Source of the DNA: Myxococcales bacterium
GTDB lineage: Bacteria > Myxococcota_A > Polyangia > Nannocystales > Nannocystaceae
Direction: 5' to 3'
Assembly: GCA_020633315.1 (NCBI GenBank)
Contig: JACKDV010000004.1
Location: 384,071 to 448,070, forward strand
Length of the DNA: 64,000 bases
The notes beneath the pieces are model-generated. The model ran no database searches. It saw nothing but the letters and a program-made list of their open reading frames with translations, and was not told the origin of the DNA. This document shows positions 56,398 to 64,000 of the stretch, piece by piece (the first letter of the stretch is position 1; the number at the start of each line of letters is the position of its first letter). The position numbers and the translations under genes are program-made.

Positions 56398-58314
56398 CTA
56401 GGGACAGGGGCTGAGGCCGCAGAAGGTCTCCACCTCGTCCACGCAGAAGATGTCCCAGGCGGTGTCGCAGCAGTAGGAGTCGTAGAAGCAGATCGTGTCG
56501 ACGCAGGCGTCGCAGCCGAGCGATAGCGTCCCACCGGTGGTGCACAGGTCGTGGGTGCAGCCGTCGCCCGCACAGATGCCGCACACCAAGGGGGCATTGC
56601 CGGCACAGATGCCGTCCCACAGGGTGTCGCAGCAGTAGGGATCGGCGGCGCACATGGCCGCCTCGCAGCCGGCCTCGTTGCAGCCCGGGCTGCCGTTGGC
56701 GATGCAGCAGTCGCCCGAGTCGGTGAGGCAGGCGCTGGTGTCGAACGAGGCGCAGTCACCCGAGCAGGCCAGGGTGCCGCCGGCGGGGAAGCCCTGGGTG
56801 CCGCAGGTCTGGCCGGCCAGGTTGGCGCCATCGCAGACCTCGGGGCCGTCGACCAGGCCGTTGCCGCAGGAGCTGCAGCTGGTGGTGTTGAAGGTGCAGT
56901 TGGGGGCGCACAGCAGGGTGCCGCCGGTGTAGCCCTGGGTGATGCAGGTCTCGCCGTCGAGGTCGGCGCCGTCGCACTGCTCGAAGCCGTTGAGCACCCC
57001 GTCGCCGCAGTCGAAGCAGCCCGAGGTGTCGAAGGCGACGCAGCCGGGGCTGCAGGCCAGGGTGCCGCCGTCGAAGCCCTGGGTGATGCAGGACTCGCCG
57101 TCGAGGTTGGCTCCGTCGCACACCTCGCCCAGGGTCACCAGGCCGTCGCCGCAGCTCCAGGTGATGCAGCCCGAGGTGTCGAAGCCGCCGCAGCCGGGCG
57201 CGCAGGCGAGGGTGCCCGCGTCGAAGCCCTGGGCGATGCAGGTCTCGCCGCCGAGGTTGAGGAAGTCGCAGGCCTCGGCGGCCTCGATCACGTTGTTGCC
57301 GCAGATCGAGCAGCCCGAGGTGTCGAACGAGCAGGTGGTGGGGTCGCAGGCGAGGGTGCCCCCGTCGTAGCCCACGCCGATGGTCGTGCAGCTCTGCCCG
57401 CCGAGGTCGGCGCCGTCGCACTGCTCGCCCACCGCGGGGGTGATCATGCCGTCTCCGCAGGAGTAGTCGTTGCAGCCCGCGGGGTCGAAGGCGCCGCAGC
57501 CCGCGGCGCAGGCCAGCGTGCCGTAGTCGTAGCCCTGGGTCACGCAGGTCTCGCCGTCGAGGTCGGCCCCGTCGCACAGCTCGGCGCCCTGCGCCGTGCC
57601 GTCGCCGCAGGCGGTGCAGGCCGAGGTGTCGAAGGCACAGCTGACCGGGTCGCAGGCGAGGGTGCCGGCGTCGAAGCCCATGCCGAGGGTGGTGCAGCCG
57701 TTGCCGTCGAGGTCGGCCCCGTCGCAGCTCTCACCCGGATCGAGGGTGCCGTTGTTGCACTCCCAGCTCACGCAGCCCGAGACGTCGAAGGTGCACGAGC
57801 TCGGGTCGCAGGCGAGGGTGCCGGCGTCGAAGCCCATGCCGAGGGTGGTGCAATCGTTGCCGTCGAGCTCGTCGCCCTCGCAGGTCTCGGGCGGCTGGAT
57901 CGTCCCGTCGCCGCACTCCCAGGAGACGCACTCCGAGCGGTCGAAGGTGCAGGTGCGAGGGTCGCAGGCGAGGGCGCCCTCGTCGAAGCCCAGGCCCACG
58001 CAGTCCTGGCCGTCGAGCTCGCTGCCGTCGCACTCCTCGCCCTCCTCGAGCCGCTCGTTGCCGCACTCGGGCGGGACCGGCCCGGTGGAGTCGGGCCCCG
58101 TGTCGTCGGCCCCGGTGCTCTGCGCCGCGCCCGTGCCCACCTCGGTGTCACCGGCCGAGCCGTCGCTGCCGCCGGGGCCCATGCCCGTGTCGCCGCCCCC
58201 CGAGTCGCTGGTGGGCACGCCGAAGGTGGTGAGGATGCCGGGCGTGGTGTCGTCCCCGCAGCCCGCCGCCACCAACGACACCCCCAGCCCCAGTGATCCG
58301 ATCCAACCCCGCAT
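56398..58314 (-). CDS. Secreted lipoprotein built from ~12 Myxococcus-type cysteine-rich repeats, with a C-terminal Cys-knot-like tail.
   Basis: 'SLGLGVSLVAAGC' lipobox. Recurring 'CG(N/D)Gxxxx(G)EECDGxxLDGxxCxxxGfxxGtLaC' units. Trimmed from the 1051-aa track ORF. An alternative start lies at 58338. Confidence 0.8.
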   Translation of the reverse strand: MRGWIGSLGLGVSLVAAGCGDDTTPGILTTFGVPTSDSGGGDTGMGPGGSDGSAGDTEVGTGAAQSTGADDTGPDSTGPVPPECGNERLEEGEECDGSELDGQDCVGLGFDEGALACDPRTCTFDRSECVSWECGDGTIQPPETCEGDELDGNDCTTLGMGFDAGTLACDPSSCTFDVSGCVSWECNNGTLDPGESCDGADLDGNGCTTLGMGFDAGTLACDPVSCAFDTSACTACGDGTAQGAELCDGADLDGETCVTQGYDYGTLACAAGCGAFDPAGCNDYSCGDGMITPAVGEQCDGADLGGQSCTTIGVGYDGGTLACDPTTCSFDTSGCSICGNNVIEAAEACDFLNLGGETCIAQGFDAGTLACAPGCGGFDTSGCITWSCGDGLVTLGEVCDGANLDGESCITQGFDGGTLACSPGCVAFDTSGCFDCGDGVLNGFEQCDGADLDGETCITQGYTGGTLLCAPNCTFNTTSCSSCGNGLVDGPEVCDGANLAGQTCGTQGFPAGGTLACSGDCASFDTSACLTDSGDCCIANGSPGCNEAGCEAAMCAADPYCCDTLWDGICAGNAPLVCGICAGDGCTHDLCTTGGTLSLGCDACVDTICFYDSYCCDTAWDIFCVDEVETFCGLSPCP

Positions 58315-58442
58315 GGTCGAGATCGTATCCCAAACCATCGCCCGTCGACGCACGATCGACGCACGAGTCGAGCGCCCGAGGGCCGCTCGCACCGGTCCCC
58401 GCGCTCGGGCTCGACCCGTGAGCGGGGATCGAGGAGCGAGGA

Positions 58443-59495
58443 TCAGGGGATGAAGTTGGCGCAGCCCTCGGCCACCTTGGCGAGCACCTCCTGGAAGAAG
58501 GGCCCGTAGCCGTCGCTGCACACGCTGCCGACGGCGTGGTTGGGGAAGCGCTCCACGAAGTCCACCAGGCGCGAGGACTGCTCGGCCCCGTCGACGCCCT
58601 GAGAGAGGTCTGCGCAGTCCTCGAACTTGGGCGAGCCCCCCAGCAGCCCCAGGGCCACGATGTTGGTCTCGCGCCCGTTCTTGATGGCCACCACCGCGTC
58701 GAACCACTCGGCGGGCTCGCCCACGCTGCCGCCGAGCTCGGCCCAGTTGTCCTCCTCGTCGGTGATGAGCAGGAAGATCAGCAGGGCATCGTCGCGGATG
58801 AAGCCCTGGTTGCAGCCCTCCGCCGCATTGAGCTCGTCGGACATCGCGGCCACCAGCGCCCCCGCCTGCTGCTCCACGGGGTTGCCCACCGCGCCGACCA
58901 GGGCGGCACAGCCGAACTCGTTGGGGAAGGTCTCCGAGGTGCCGTCCATGTAGGGGGCCCCCGTGGAGAACTCGCAGCTGAGCTCGGGGTCGCTGGCGCT
59001 CTGCGGCTTGGTCAGCAGCGAGCCCAGCTGGTAGTCGCAGGAGCTGCAGTCGACGCCCGACGCCGAGCAGCTGTCGAGGGGATCCTCGAGGGTCCCCAGC
59101 CCCGGGTAGCTGTCGGTGTCGATCACCCCCACCCGCACGCTCTCCACGTTGGGCAGCGCGTTCTGCATGGCGTCGACGAAGCCGGGCACGCCCTGGGCGA
59201 GGAACTGCTGCTCGTCGGTCATGCTCGGGGAGTTGTCCACCACGAACACGAAGTCGACCGCGTTGCAGCGGAACTGCTGGCCCTCGCCGCTCGAGTCCTC
59301 GGCCGTGCCGTCGAAGATGCCGTCGTCGAGCGAGGTGCCCGTGGTGCCGGTGGCGTGGATGCCCTCGGTGAGGTCGATGCCGTCCTCGCCGGAGTCGCCG
59401 CTGGCCGAGTCGTCCCCGCCGCCGCAGGCGAGGGCGAGCGAGGCGAGCAGGAGCGTGGCGGGGCCGCTGATGGTCTTCGGAGTGCGCTCGGTCAT
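58443..59495 (-). CDS. Lipoprotein with a vWA-like (MIDAS) domain.
   Basis: 'LLLASLALAC' lipobox, an Asp/Gly/Ser linker, and the 'VDFVFVVDNSPSMTDEQ' DxSxS MIDAS motif. Confidence 0.7.
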   Translation of the reverse strand: MTERTPKTISGPATLLLASLALACGGGDDSASGDSGEDGIDLTEGIHATGTTGTSLDDGIFDGTAEDSSGEGQQFRCNAVDFVFVVDNSPSMTDEQQFLAQGVPGFVDAMQNALPNVESVRVGVIDTDSYPGLGTLEDPLDSCSASGVDCSSCDYQLGSLLTKPQSASDPELSCEFSTGAPYMDGTSETFPNEFGCAALVGAVGNPVEQQAGALVAAMSDELNAAEGCNQGFIRDDALLIFLLITDEEDNWAELGGSVGEPAEWFDAVVAIKNGRETNIVALGLLGGSPKFEDCADLSQGVDGAEQSSRLVDFVERFPNHAVGSVCSDGYGPFFQEVLAKVAEGCANFIP

Positions 59496-59518
59496 GGCCT
59501 TGTTCCCGGGAGGAGCGC

Positions 59519-61744
59519 TCAGAAGTTCTCGTAGACGATGACCACGTTGTCACCGACCACCGGCACGTTGTTGAGGATCTGCAGGGTGCAGGTGAGCGGG
59601 TCGTAGCTCCAGTCGCCGGGCGGCATCGGGATGCCGTTGACCACCACCGTGATCGTGGCCGGATCGATGAGCGCGCAGCTCCCCGGCGGCACCCCGTCGA
59701 GGATGTAGAGGTCGTTGGGCACGCCGGCCAGGATGTCGTTGGCGAGGCCGCTGAGATCCCAGGGCGCGTCGCAGATGGAGAACATCGAGGGCAGGGTGTT
59801 GGTGACCTGGGCGAGCTTGACGTACTCCTGGCCGTCCTCCACCCCGGTGACGCAGGTGTTGAACTCGTAGACGTCGTCGGCGCCCGTGAGGGTGGCGGTG
59901 CCGGTGTTGCCGATGATCGGGAACACGCCCCAGTCGTCGCCGGGCGTGCTGTCCGGGAAGTAGTCGCCCATGAAGGAGACGAAGCCGCCGTAGATCAGGA
60001 AGTCGAAGGCCAGCGAGGTGTAGTTGCCCAGGCCCGGCGGATCCCAGCGGCAGATGTTGTCCACCGTGAGGTCGTCGATGATGCCGAAGCCGCAGTCGTC
60101 CACGTTGGAGGAGTCGCCGTCGGCGATGGTCCACTGGGGATCGTCGCCGTCGTCGTCCGAGGTGAAGATGAAGGCGATGTACGAGTTGGGCTGCAGCCGC
60201 GGGATCCAGTAGCCCGACTGCTGCATCACCCGGCCGATGGCGTTGCTCGAGTGCACGAACTCGAAGCCGTTGGTCGGGCCGTTGGTGTCGTACTGCCAGA
60301 AGCCGGCGCCCGGGTTGTCGGCGCAGCCGGCCCCGCCCAGCGGGGGCGACACGCAGATCTCGAACGACTCGGTGCCGCGGTCGGCGATGAGGTGCAGCGC
60401 GGTGGACGAGCCGGACGCGGCCAGGTCGTTGGCGAAGGAGTTGATCTCCGCCTCCACCGTGGCCATCTCCTCGCTCATCGAGCCCGAGGAGTCCACGGCC
60501 CAGATCACGTCGATGGGCCGGGTGGCGGTGTCGGTGCCCACCAAGAAGGTCTCGGCGCAGGGCGGGGCCACCCCGTCGCAGTTGTTGTCGATGCCGTCGC
60601 CGCAGATCTCTGGCCCGCCCGGGATCGGCACGCAGGTGTTCTCGGGCTGCGGCACGCCGCCGATGCACTGCGGCACGGTGACCTCGCACTCGTTCATGCC
60701 GCAGGTCCAGTTGCCCTGGTCCTCGTCCACGATGCAGTCGCAGTCGTTGTCGATGCCGTCGCAGATCTCCGGGCTGGCGCCCTCGAAGGGATCGCAGACC
60801 TGGGGGAAGCCGTTGATGCACGACGCGATGGTGTGCTCGCACGCTCCGCAGCCGCAGGTGATGTCGGGCAGGCCCTCGTCGGTCGCGCCGTCGCAGTCGT
60901 TGTCGATGTCGTCGCAGACCTCGGGGGAGGCGCCCTCGAAGGGATCGCAGGGGGGCACCGCCCCGCCCTCGCAGGCCGACACGGTGTGCTCGCACTGGCC
61001 CACGCCGCAGCTCTGGGTCTCGTCGCCCAGGCCCTCGTCGATGTCGCCGTCGCAGTCGTTGTCGACCAGGTCGCAGATCTCGGGCGTGGCCCCGTCGAGG
61101 GGATCGCACAGCTGCTCCATGCCCAGCACGCAGTTGTCCTGCTCGTGCAGGCACGGGCCCAGGCCGCACTGGGTGGTGCCCAGGTCCTCGTCGAGGTCGC
61201 CGTCGCAGTCGTTGTCGACCGCGTCGCAGACCTCCATGGTGGGCAGGCCCTCGCCCTCGCAGGGCCCCCACTCGCCCACGTCGAGGTCGAGCGCCTGGCA
61301 CTGCTGGATGCCCGGCGTGCACTCGCCCACGTTGTACGTGGCCGGGTTGCCCGTGTAGCAGTAGCGGACCTGGCCCGGAGGGGCGCACAGGCCCGTCTCC
61401 TCGCCGGGGTAGCGATCGGGAGGATCGCCCGGGCCTCCGCCGCCGGTGTCCCCGCTGCCGCCCGTGTCGGGATCGCTGCTGGTGGTCCCGTCGCCCGGGC
61501 CCATCGTCTCGCCGTTGGTGTCGTCGGCCGAGTCGCCGGAGTTGGCCGCACCGGTGCCGATGCCATCGCTGCCCGCGGTGCCGTCCATCCCGCTGGTGGC
61601 TCCGGTGCTGCCCGCGGTGGCGCTCGTTCCTCCGGAGCCGTCGTTGCCTGCGGTGGCGTTCGCGACGTCGTCGGAGCCTCCGCACGCTCCGAGGGCGACA
61701 GCAACGACCGACGATCCGATGAGGCGAAAATCGAAGCGAGCCAT
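59519..61744 (-). CDS. Secreted lipoprotein: 5 MopE-like putative metal-binding motifs ('CDxxDNDCDGxxDE') + vWA-like domain + C-terminal beta domain.
   Basis: 'VVAVALGAC' lipobox. 'EVCDAVDNDCDGDLDE', 'EICDLVDNDCDGDIDE', 'EVCDDIDNDCDGATDE', 'EICDGIDNDCDCIVDE', 'EICGDGIDNNCDG'. vWA 'IDVIWAVDSSGSMSEE'. An 'aggggatc' RBS precedes the trimmed start. Confidence 0.8.
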   Translation of the reverse strand: MARFDFRLIGSSVVAVALGACGGSDDVANATAGNDGSGGTSATAGSTGATSGMDGTAGSDGIGTGAANSGDSADDTNGETMGPGDGTTSSDPDTGGSGDTGGGGPGDPPDRYPGEETGLCAPPGQVRYCYTGNPATYNVGECTPGIQQCQALDLDVGEWGPCEGEGLPTMEVCDAVDNDCDGDLDEDLGTTQCGLGPCLHEQDNCVLGMEQLCDPLDGATPEICDLVDNDCDGDIDEGLGDETQSCGVGQCEHTVSACEGGAVPPCDPFEGASPEVCDDIDNDCDGATDEGLPDITCGCGACEHTIASCINGFPQVCDPFEGASPEICDGIDNDCDCIVDEDQGNWTCGMNECEVTVPQCIGGVPQPENTCVPIPGGPEICGDGIDNNCDGVAPPCAETFLVGTDTATRPIDVIWAVDSSGSMSEEMATVEAEINSFANDLAASGSSTALHLIADRGTESFEICVSPPLGGAGCADNPGAGFWQYDTNGPTNGFEFVHSSNAIGRVMQQSGYWIPRLQPNSYIAFIFTSDDDGDDPQWTIADGDSSNVDDCGFGIIDDLTVDNICRWDPPGLGNYTSLAFDFLIYGGFVSFMGDYFPDSTPGDDWGVFPIIGNTGTATLTGADDVYEFNTCVTGVEDGQEYVKLAQVTNTLPSMFSICDAPWDLSGLANDILAGVPNDLYILDGVPPGSCALIDPATITVVVNGIPMPPGDWSYDPLTCTLQILNNVPVVGDNVVIVYENF

Positions 61745-61934
61745 GATCCCCTGACCTCTGCGCTCTGATTCGAGCGGCCTCACATGATTACATGAAAAAA
61801 CCGTTGGCTTCCATCCAATAAAATTTCGCATAGAAAACTGCTTGGATTCCTGTTTTCGGGCGGCCAGCCGGATCGGAGCCCCCGCTACCGAGGGAGTTAC
61901 CGCCGATTTTCTTCGTGCGACAGATGTTTTTGTA

Positions 61935-61964
61935 TTGCTGAATACCAATAATATGGATGATAAT
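61935..61964 (+). promoter_or_regulatory. Candidate sigma-70-like promoter (TTGCTG-N17-TGATAAT) in an AT-rich region.
   Basis: 'ttgctg' at 61935-40, a 17-nt spacer, then 'tgataat' at 61958-64, about 30 nt upstream of the ATG at 61994. The local GC of ~45% contrasts with the ~70% genome. Confidence 0.3.
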
Positions 61965-61993
61965 GAGCCATCCTAGGAACCGGACGCCCTTGC

Positions 61994-64000
61994 ATGAACC
62001 TTCGAGTCTCGTCCTCGTTGCTCCGTTCGCTCCTCCTGCCTGCGGTCGCCCTCGGTGGCTGTAGCGACGACGCGGTCGGTGCCGACGGAGGGACCAACGG
62101 CATCGAGTCGCTCGACGGCGGTGTCGACAGCTCGACCGGCGCGATGGCCAGCAGCTCCTCGGGAGCCGAGTCCACCGGCGAGCCGCTGCCCTGCGACAAC
62201 GGCATCCAGGACGGTGACGAGAGCGACGTGGACTGCGGCGGGAGCAGCTGCGATCCCTGCGGTCCCGGTGGCGCCTGCACCAGCCCCGAGGACTGCGACA
62301 CGATGATCTGCTCGGGCGGCTTCTGCCAGACCCCCACCTGCTACGACGGGATGCGCAACGGCAGCGAGGAGGGGGTCGACTGCGGCGGGACCTGCCCCAA
62401 CGAGTGCATCGGCGACGGCTGCGGCACCGACAACCAGTGCGGCGACGGCTACTTCTGCCTGGACGGCGAGTGCCTCGAGTCGTCGTGCGAGAACGAGCTG
62501 CAGGACACCCTCGAGTCCGACGTGGACTGCGGCGGGGCCGACTGCCCCAACTGCGGCCCGGGCCAGGGCTGCAACACCGACGCCGACTGCACCACGATGG
62601 TCTGCGGCGACGATGGGCTGTGCGCGGGCCCGATGTGCGACGACGCCACGCTCAACGGCGACGAGACCGATCTCGACTGCGGCGGCTCGTGCCCGCCCTG
62701 CCCCAACGGGGGCTCGTGCCTCGACCCCAGCGACTGCGTCGAGGGCGTGTGCGAGATGGGCACCTGCCAGGACGACACCTGCGTGGACATGGTGTTCAAC
62801 GGCCAGGAGACCGACCAGGACTGCGGCGGCCCCGAGTGCCCCGAGTGCATGGACGGCCAGACGTGCATGAACGGGGGCGACTGCAGCAGCGGCGTGTGCA
62901 TGGGGGGCCTGTGCGTGCCGCCCATGTGCGACGACATGGTGCTCAACGGGGACGAGACCGATCTCGACTGCGGAGGCTTGTGCGGGGCGACCTGCGTGCC
63001 GGGGCAGGACTGCGACGGCTCCTTCGACTGCGTGGAGGGGGTGTGCGAGTTCGGCCAGTGCTCCAACCCCGACTGCTCCGACGGGGTCGCCAACGGCACC
63101 GAGTCCGACGTGGACTGCGGGGGCATCTGCGGCTCCACCTGCGATCCAGGCGAGCAGTGCAACGTGGCGGGCGACTGCGAGGAGGGCGTGTGCGTGGTGG
63201 GGGTCTGCGCGCTGCCCACCTGCATGGACATGGTGGAGAACGGGGACGAGAGCGACCTCGACTGCGGAGGCGCCTGCGGTCCCACCTGCGTGCCCGGGGA
63301 GAGCTGCGGCAACGGAGGTGACTGCACCGAGGGCGTGTGCGTGCTGGGCGTGTGCCAGGCGCCCACCTGCAACGACGGCGTGCAGAACGGGATCGAGCTG
63401 GGCGTGGACTGCTCGGGCAACTGCGACCAGCCCTGCCCGGTGGGCGGCGAGGTCACCATCAACACCACGCTGCCCGACTTCCAGGTGCAGCCGGCCGTGG
63501 CCGCGGCCCCTGGCGGCGGCTTCTATGCCGTGACCTGGGCCAGCTACCCCGTGCTCGACCCGCCCCAGGACGGCAGCGGCTCCGGGGTCTACGTGCGCAC
63601 CTACGACGCCCTCGGCGGGGCGATCACCGGCGAGGTGCTGGTCAACGCCACCACCGCGGGCAACCAGAGCTTCCCCGCCATCGATGCCAACGACGTGGGC
63701 TTCGTGGTGGCCTGGCAGGGCCCGGACGCCGACGGCAACGGCGTGTTCGCCCAGCGCTTCAACGCGGGCGGGTTCCCGGTGGGCGGCGAGATCGTGGTCG
63801 CGGCCAGCCCCCTCGACGAGCAGCGGCGCCCCGACGTGGCGATCGAGAACGGCGGCACCTTCGTGGTGTGCTGGGAGGACGAGACCCTCACCTTCGAGAT
63901 CCTGTGCCGACGCTTCTCGGGCGCCGGCGCGCCCCTCACCGCCGAGATCGCGGTCAACACCGTCACCGCCGACCAGCAGAACCTGCCGGTGGTGGAGATC
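61994..64000 (+). CDS. Secreted lipoprotein with ~9 tandem ~40-aa Cys-rich modules ('C..NG.E.D.DCGG.C..C..G..C....DC..G.C'), then a beta-rich domain. 3'-truncated at the window edge.
   Basis: 'MNLRVSSSLLRSLLLPAVALGGC' lipobox. The repeats were read directly from the codons. The frame is open to base 64000. This CDS is absent from the ORF track because it has no stop inside the window. Confidence 0.8.
   Translation, partial: MNLRVSSSLLRSLLLPAVALGGCSDDAVGADGGTNGIESLDGGVDSSTGAMASSSSGAESTGEPLPCDNGIQDGDESDVDCGGSSCDPCGPGGACTSPEDCDTMICSGGFCQTPTCYDGMRNGSEEGVDCGGTCPNECIGDGCGTDNQCGDGYFCLDGECLESSCENELQDTLESDVDCGGADCPNCGPGQGCNTDADCTTMVCGDDGLCAGPMCDDATLNGDETDLDCGGSCPPCPNGGSCLDPSDCVEGVCEMGTCQDDTCVDMVFNGQETDQDCGGPECPECMDGQTCMNGGDCSSGVCMGGLCVPPMCDDMVLNGDETDLDCGGLCGATCVPGQDCDGSFDCVEGVCEFGQCSNPDCSDGVANGTESDVDCGGICGSTCDPGEQCNVAGDCEEGVCVVGVCALPTCMDMVENGDESDLDCGGACGPTCVPGESCGNGGDCTEGVCVLGVCQAPTCNDGVQNGIELGVDCSGNCDQPCPVGGEVTINTTLPDFQVQPAVAAAPGGGFYAVTWASYPVLDPPQDGSGSGVYVRTYDALGGAITGEVLVNATTAGNQSFPAIDANDVGFVVAWQGPDADGNGVFAQRFNAGGFPVGGEIVVAASPLDEQRRPDVAIENGGTFVVCWEDETLTFEILCRRFSGAGAPLTAEIAVNTVTADQQNLPVVEI

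Noticed and set aside
56551-61768. Multiple long alternative-frame ORFs (56551..58296 +, 59550..61685 -, 60251..61768 +) over the Cys-rich lipoprotein genes.
   Set aside because: They are off-frame or antisense readings of the repeat-rich genes, with Ala/Gly/Arg-rich output and no lipobox or repeat structure.
61972-61993. Possible sigma-54 -24/-12 element 'GGAACCGGACGCCCTTGCA' just upstream of the ATG at 61994.
   Set aside because: The GG..GC spacing is 10 or 16 nt rather than the canonical 12 and there is no TGGCAC core. Not credible as an RpoN promoter without experimental data.

Overview
This 64 kb window is high-GC (about 70%) bacterial chromosomal DNA and is densely coding. It looks myxobacterial (Myxococcota, Sorangium/Nannocystis-like). 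The evidence is two OmpA proteins with thrombospondin-type-3 (TSP3) Asp-rich repeats, MopE-like 'CDxxDNDCDG' metal-binding motifs, Myxococcus-type Cys-rich repeats, eukaryote-like Ser/Thr kinases, sigma-54 activators, and many lipoproteins with Gly/Ser/Thr/Asp-rich linkers. No rRNA, tRNA, CRISPR, transposase or integrase genes are recognisable.

Major blocks:
- 1-8.4 kb: aminotransferase class III, an Mpo1-like membrane protein, a LysM-MepA murein endopeptidase, lipoproteins, an FAD-linked oxidase plus NmrA-like reductase operon with a divergent LysR.
- 8.4-20.6 kb: a signalling island. Hpt, receiver and NtrC-type sigma-54 activator sit on the minus strand. Diverging from them are a DUF481 outer-membrane protein, a PAS histidine kinase, a HAMP adenylate cyclase, a Ser/Thr kinase, a LysM/FecR/beta-barrel protein and an OmpA-TSP3.
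- 20.6-21.1 kb: a repeat- and palindrome-rich intergenic element between two convergent OmpA-TSP3 genes.
- 21.1-35.5 kb: a membrane-fused spermidine synthase plus GNAT, a PHA-system protein, a Spo0M-like/HEAT protein, a VHL-beta-domain-like lipoprotein next to a Kelch beta-propeller lipoprotein, a hydrolase/beta-barrel operon, FabV-type enoyl reductase, and an orphan SPASM-like Cys-motif ORF.
- 35.5-42.6 kb: Cys-rich duplicated-module lipoprotein, a further lipoprotein, a methyltransferase-family membrane protein and a TPR/Pro-rich repeat protein.
- 42.6-53.7 kb: a small Cys-rich secreted protein, a CUT1-type ABC importer with a fused binding-protein/permease (no ATPase) followed by a D-Ala-D-Ala dipeptidase, lipoproteins, a trypsin-like protease, a pair of acyl-CoA dehydrogenases and a CBS protein.
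- 53.7-64 kb: a BoxB-family di-iron oxygenase, a YrdC/Sua5-family protein and a cluster of secreted Cys-rich-repeat/vWA lipoproteins around an unusually AT-rich divergent promoter region.

All calls rest on reading the translated ORFs, their motifs and codon GC3. No database search was possible. Many long ORFs in the supplied track are antisense or off-frame artefacts typical of high-GC DNA and were rejected.
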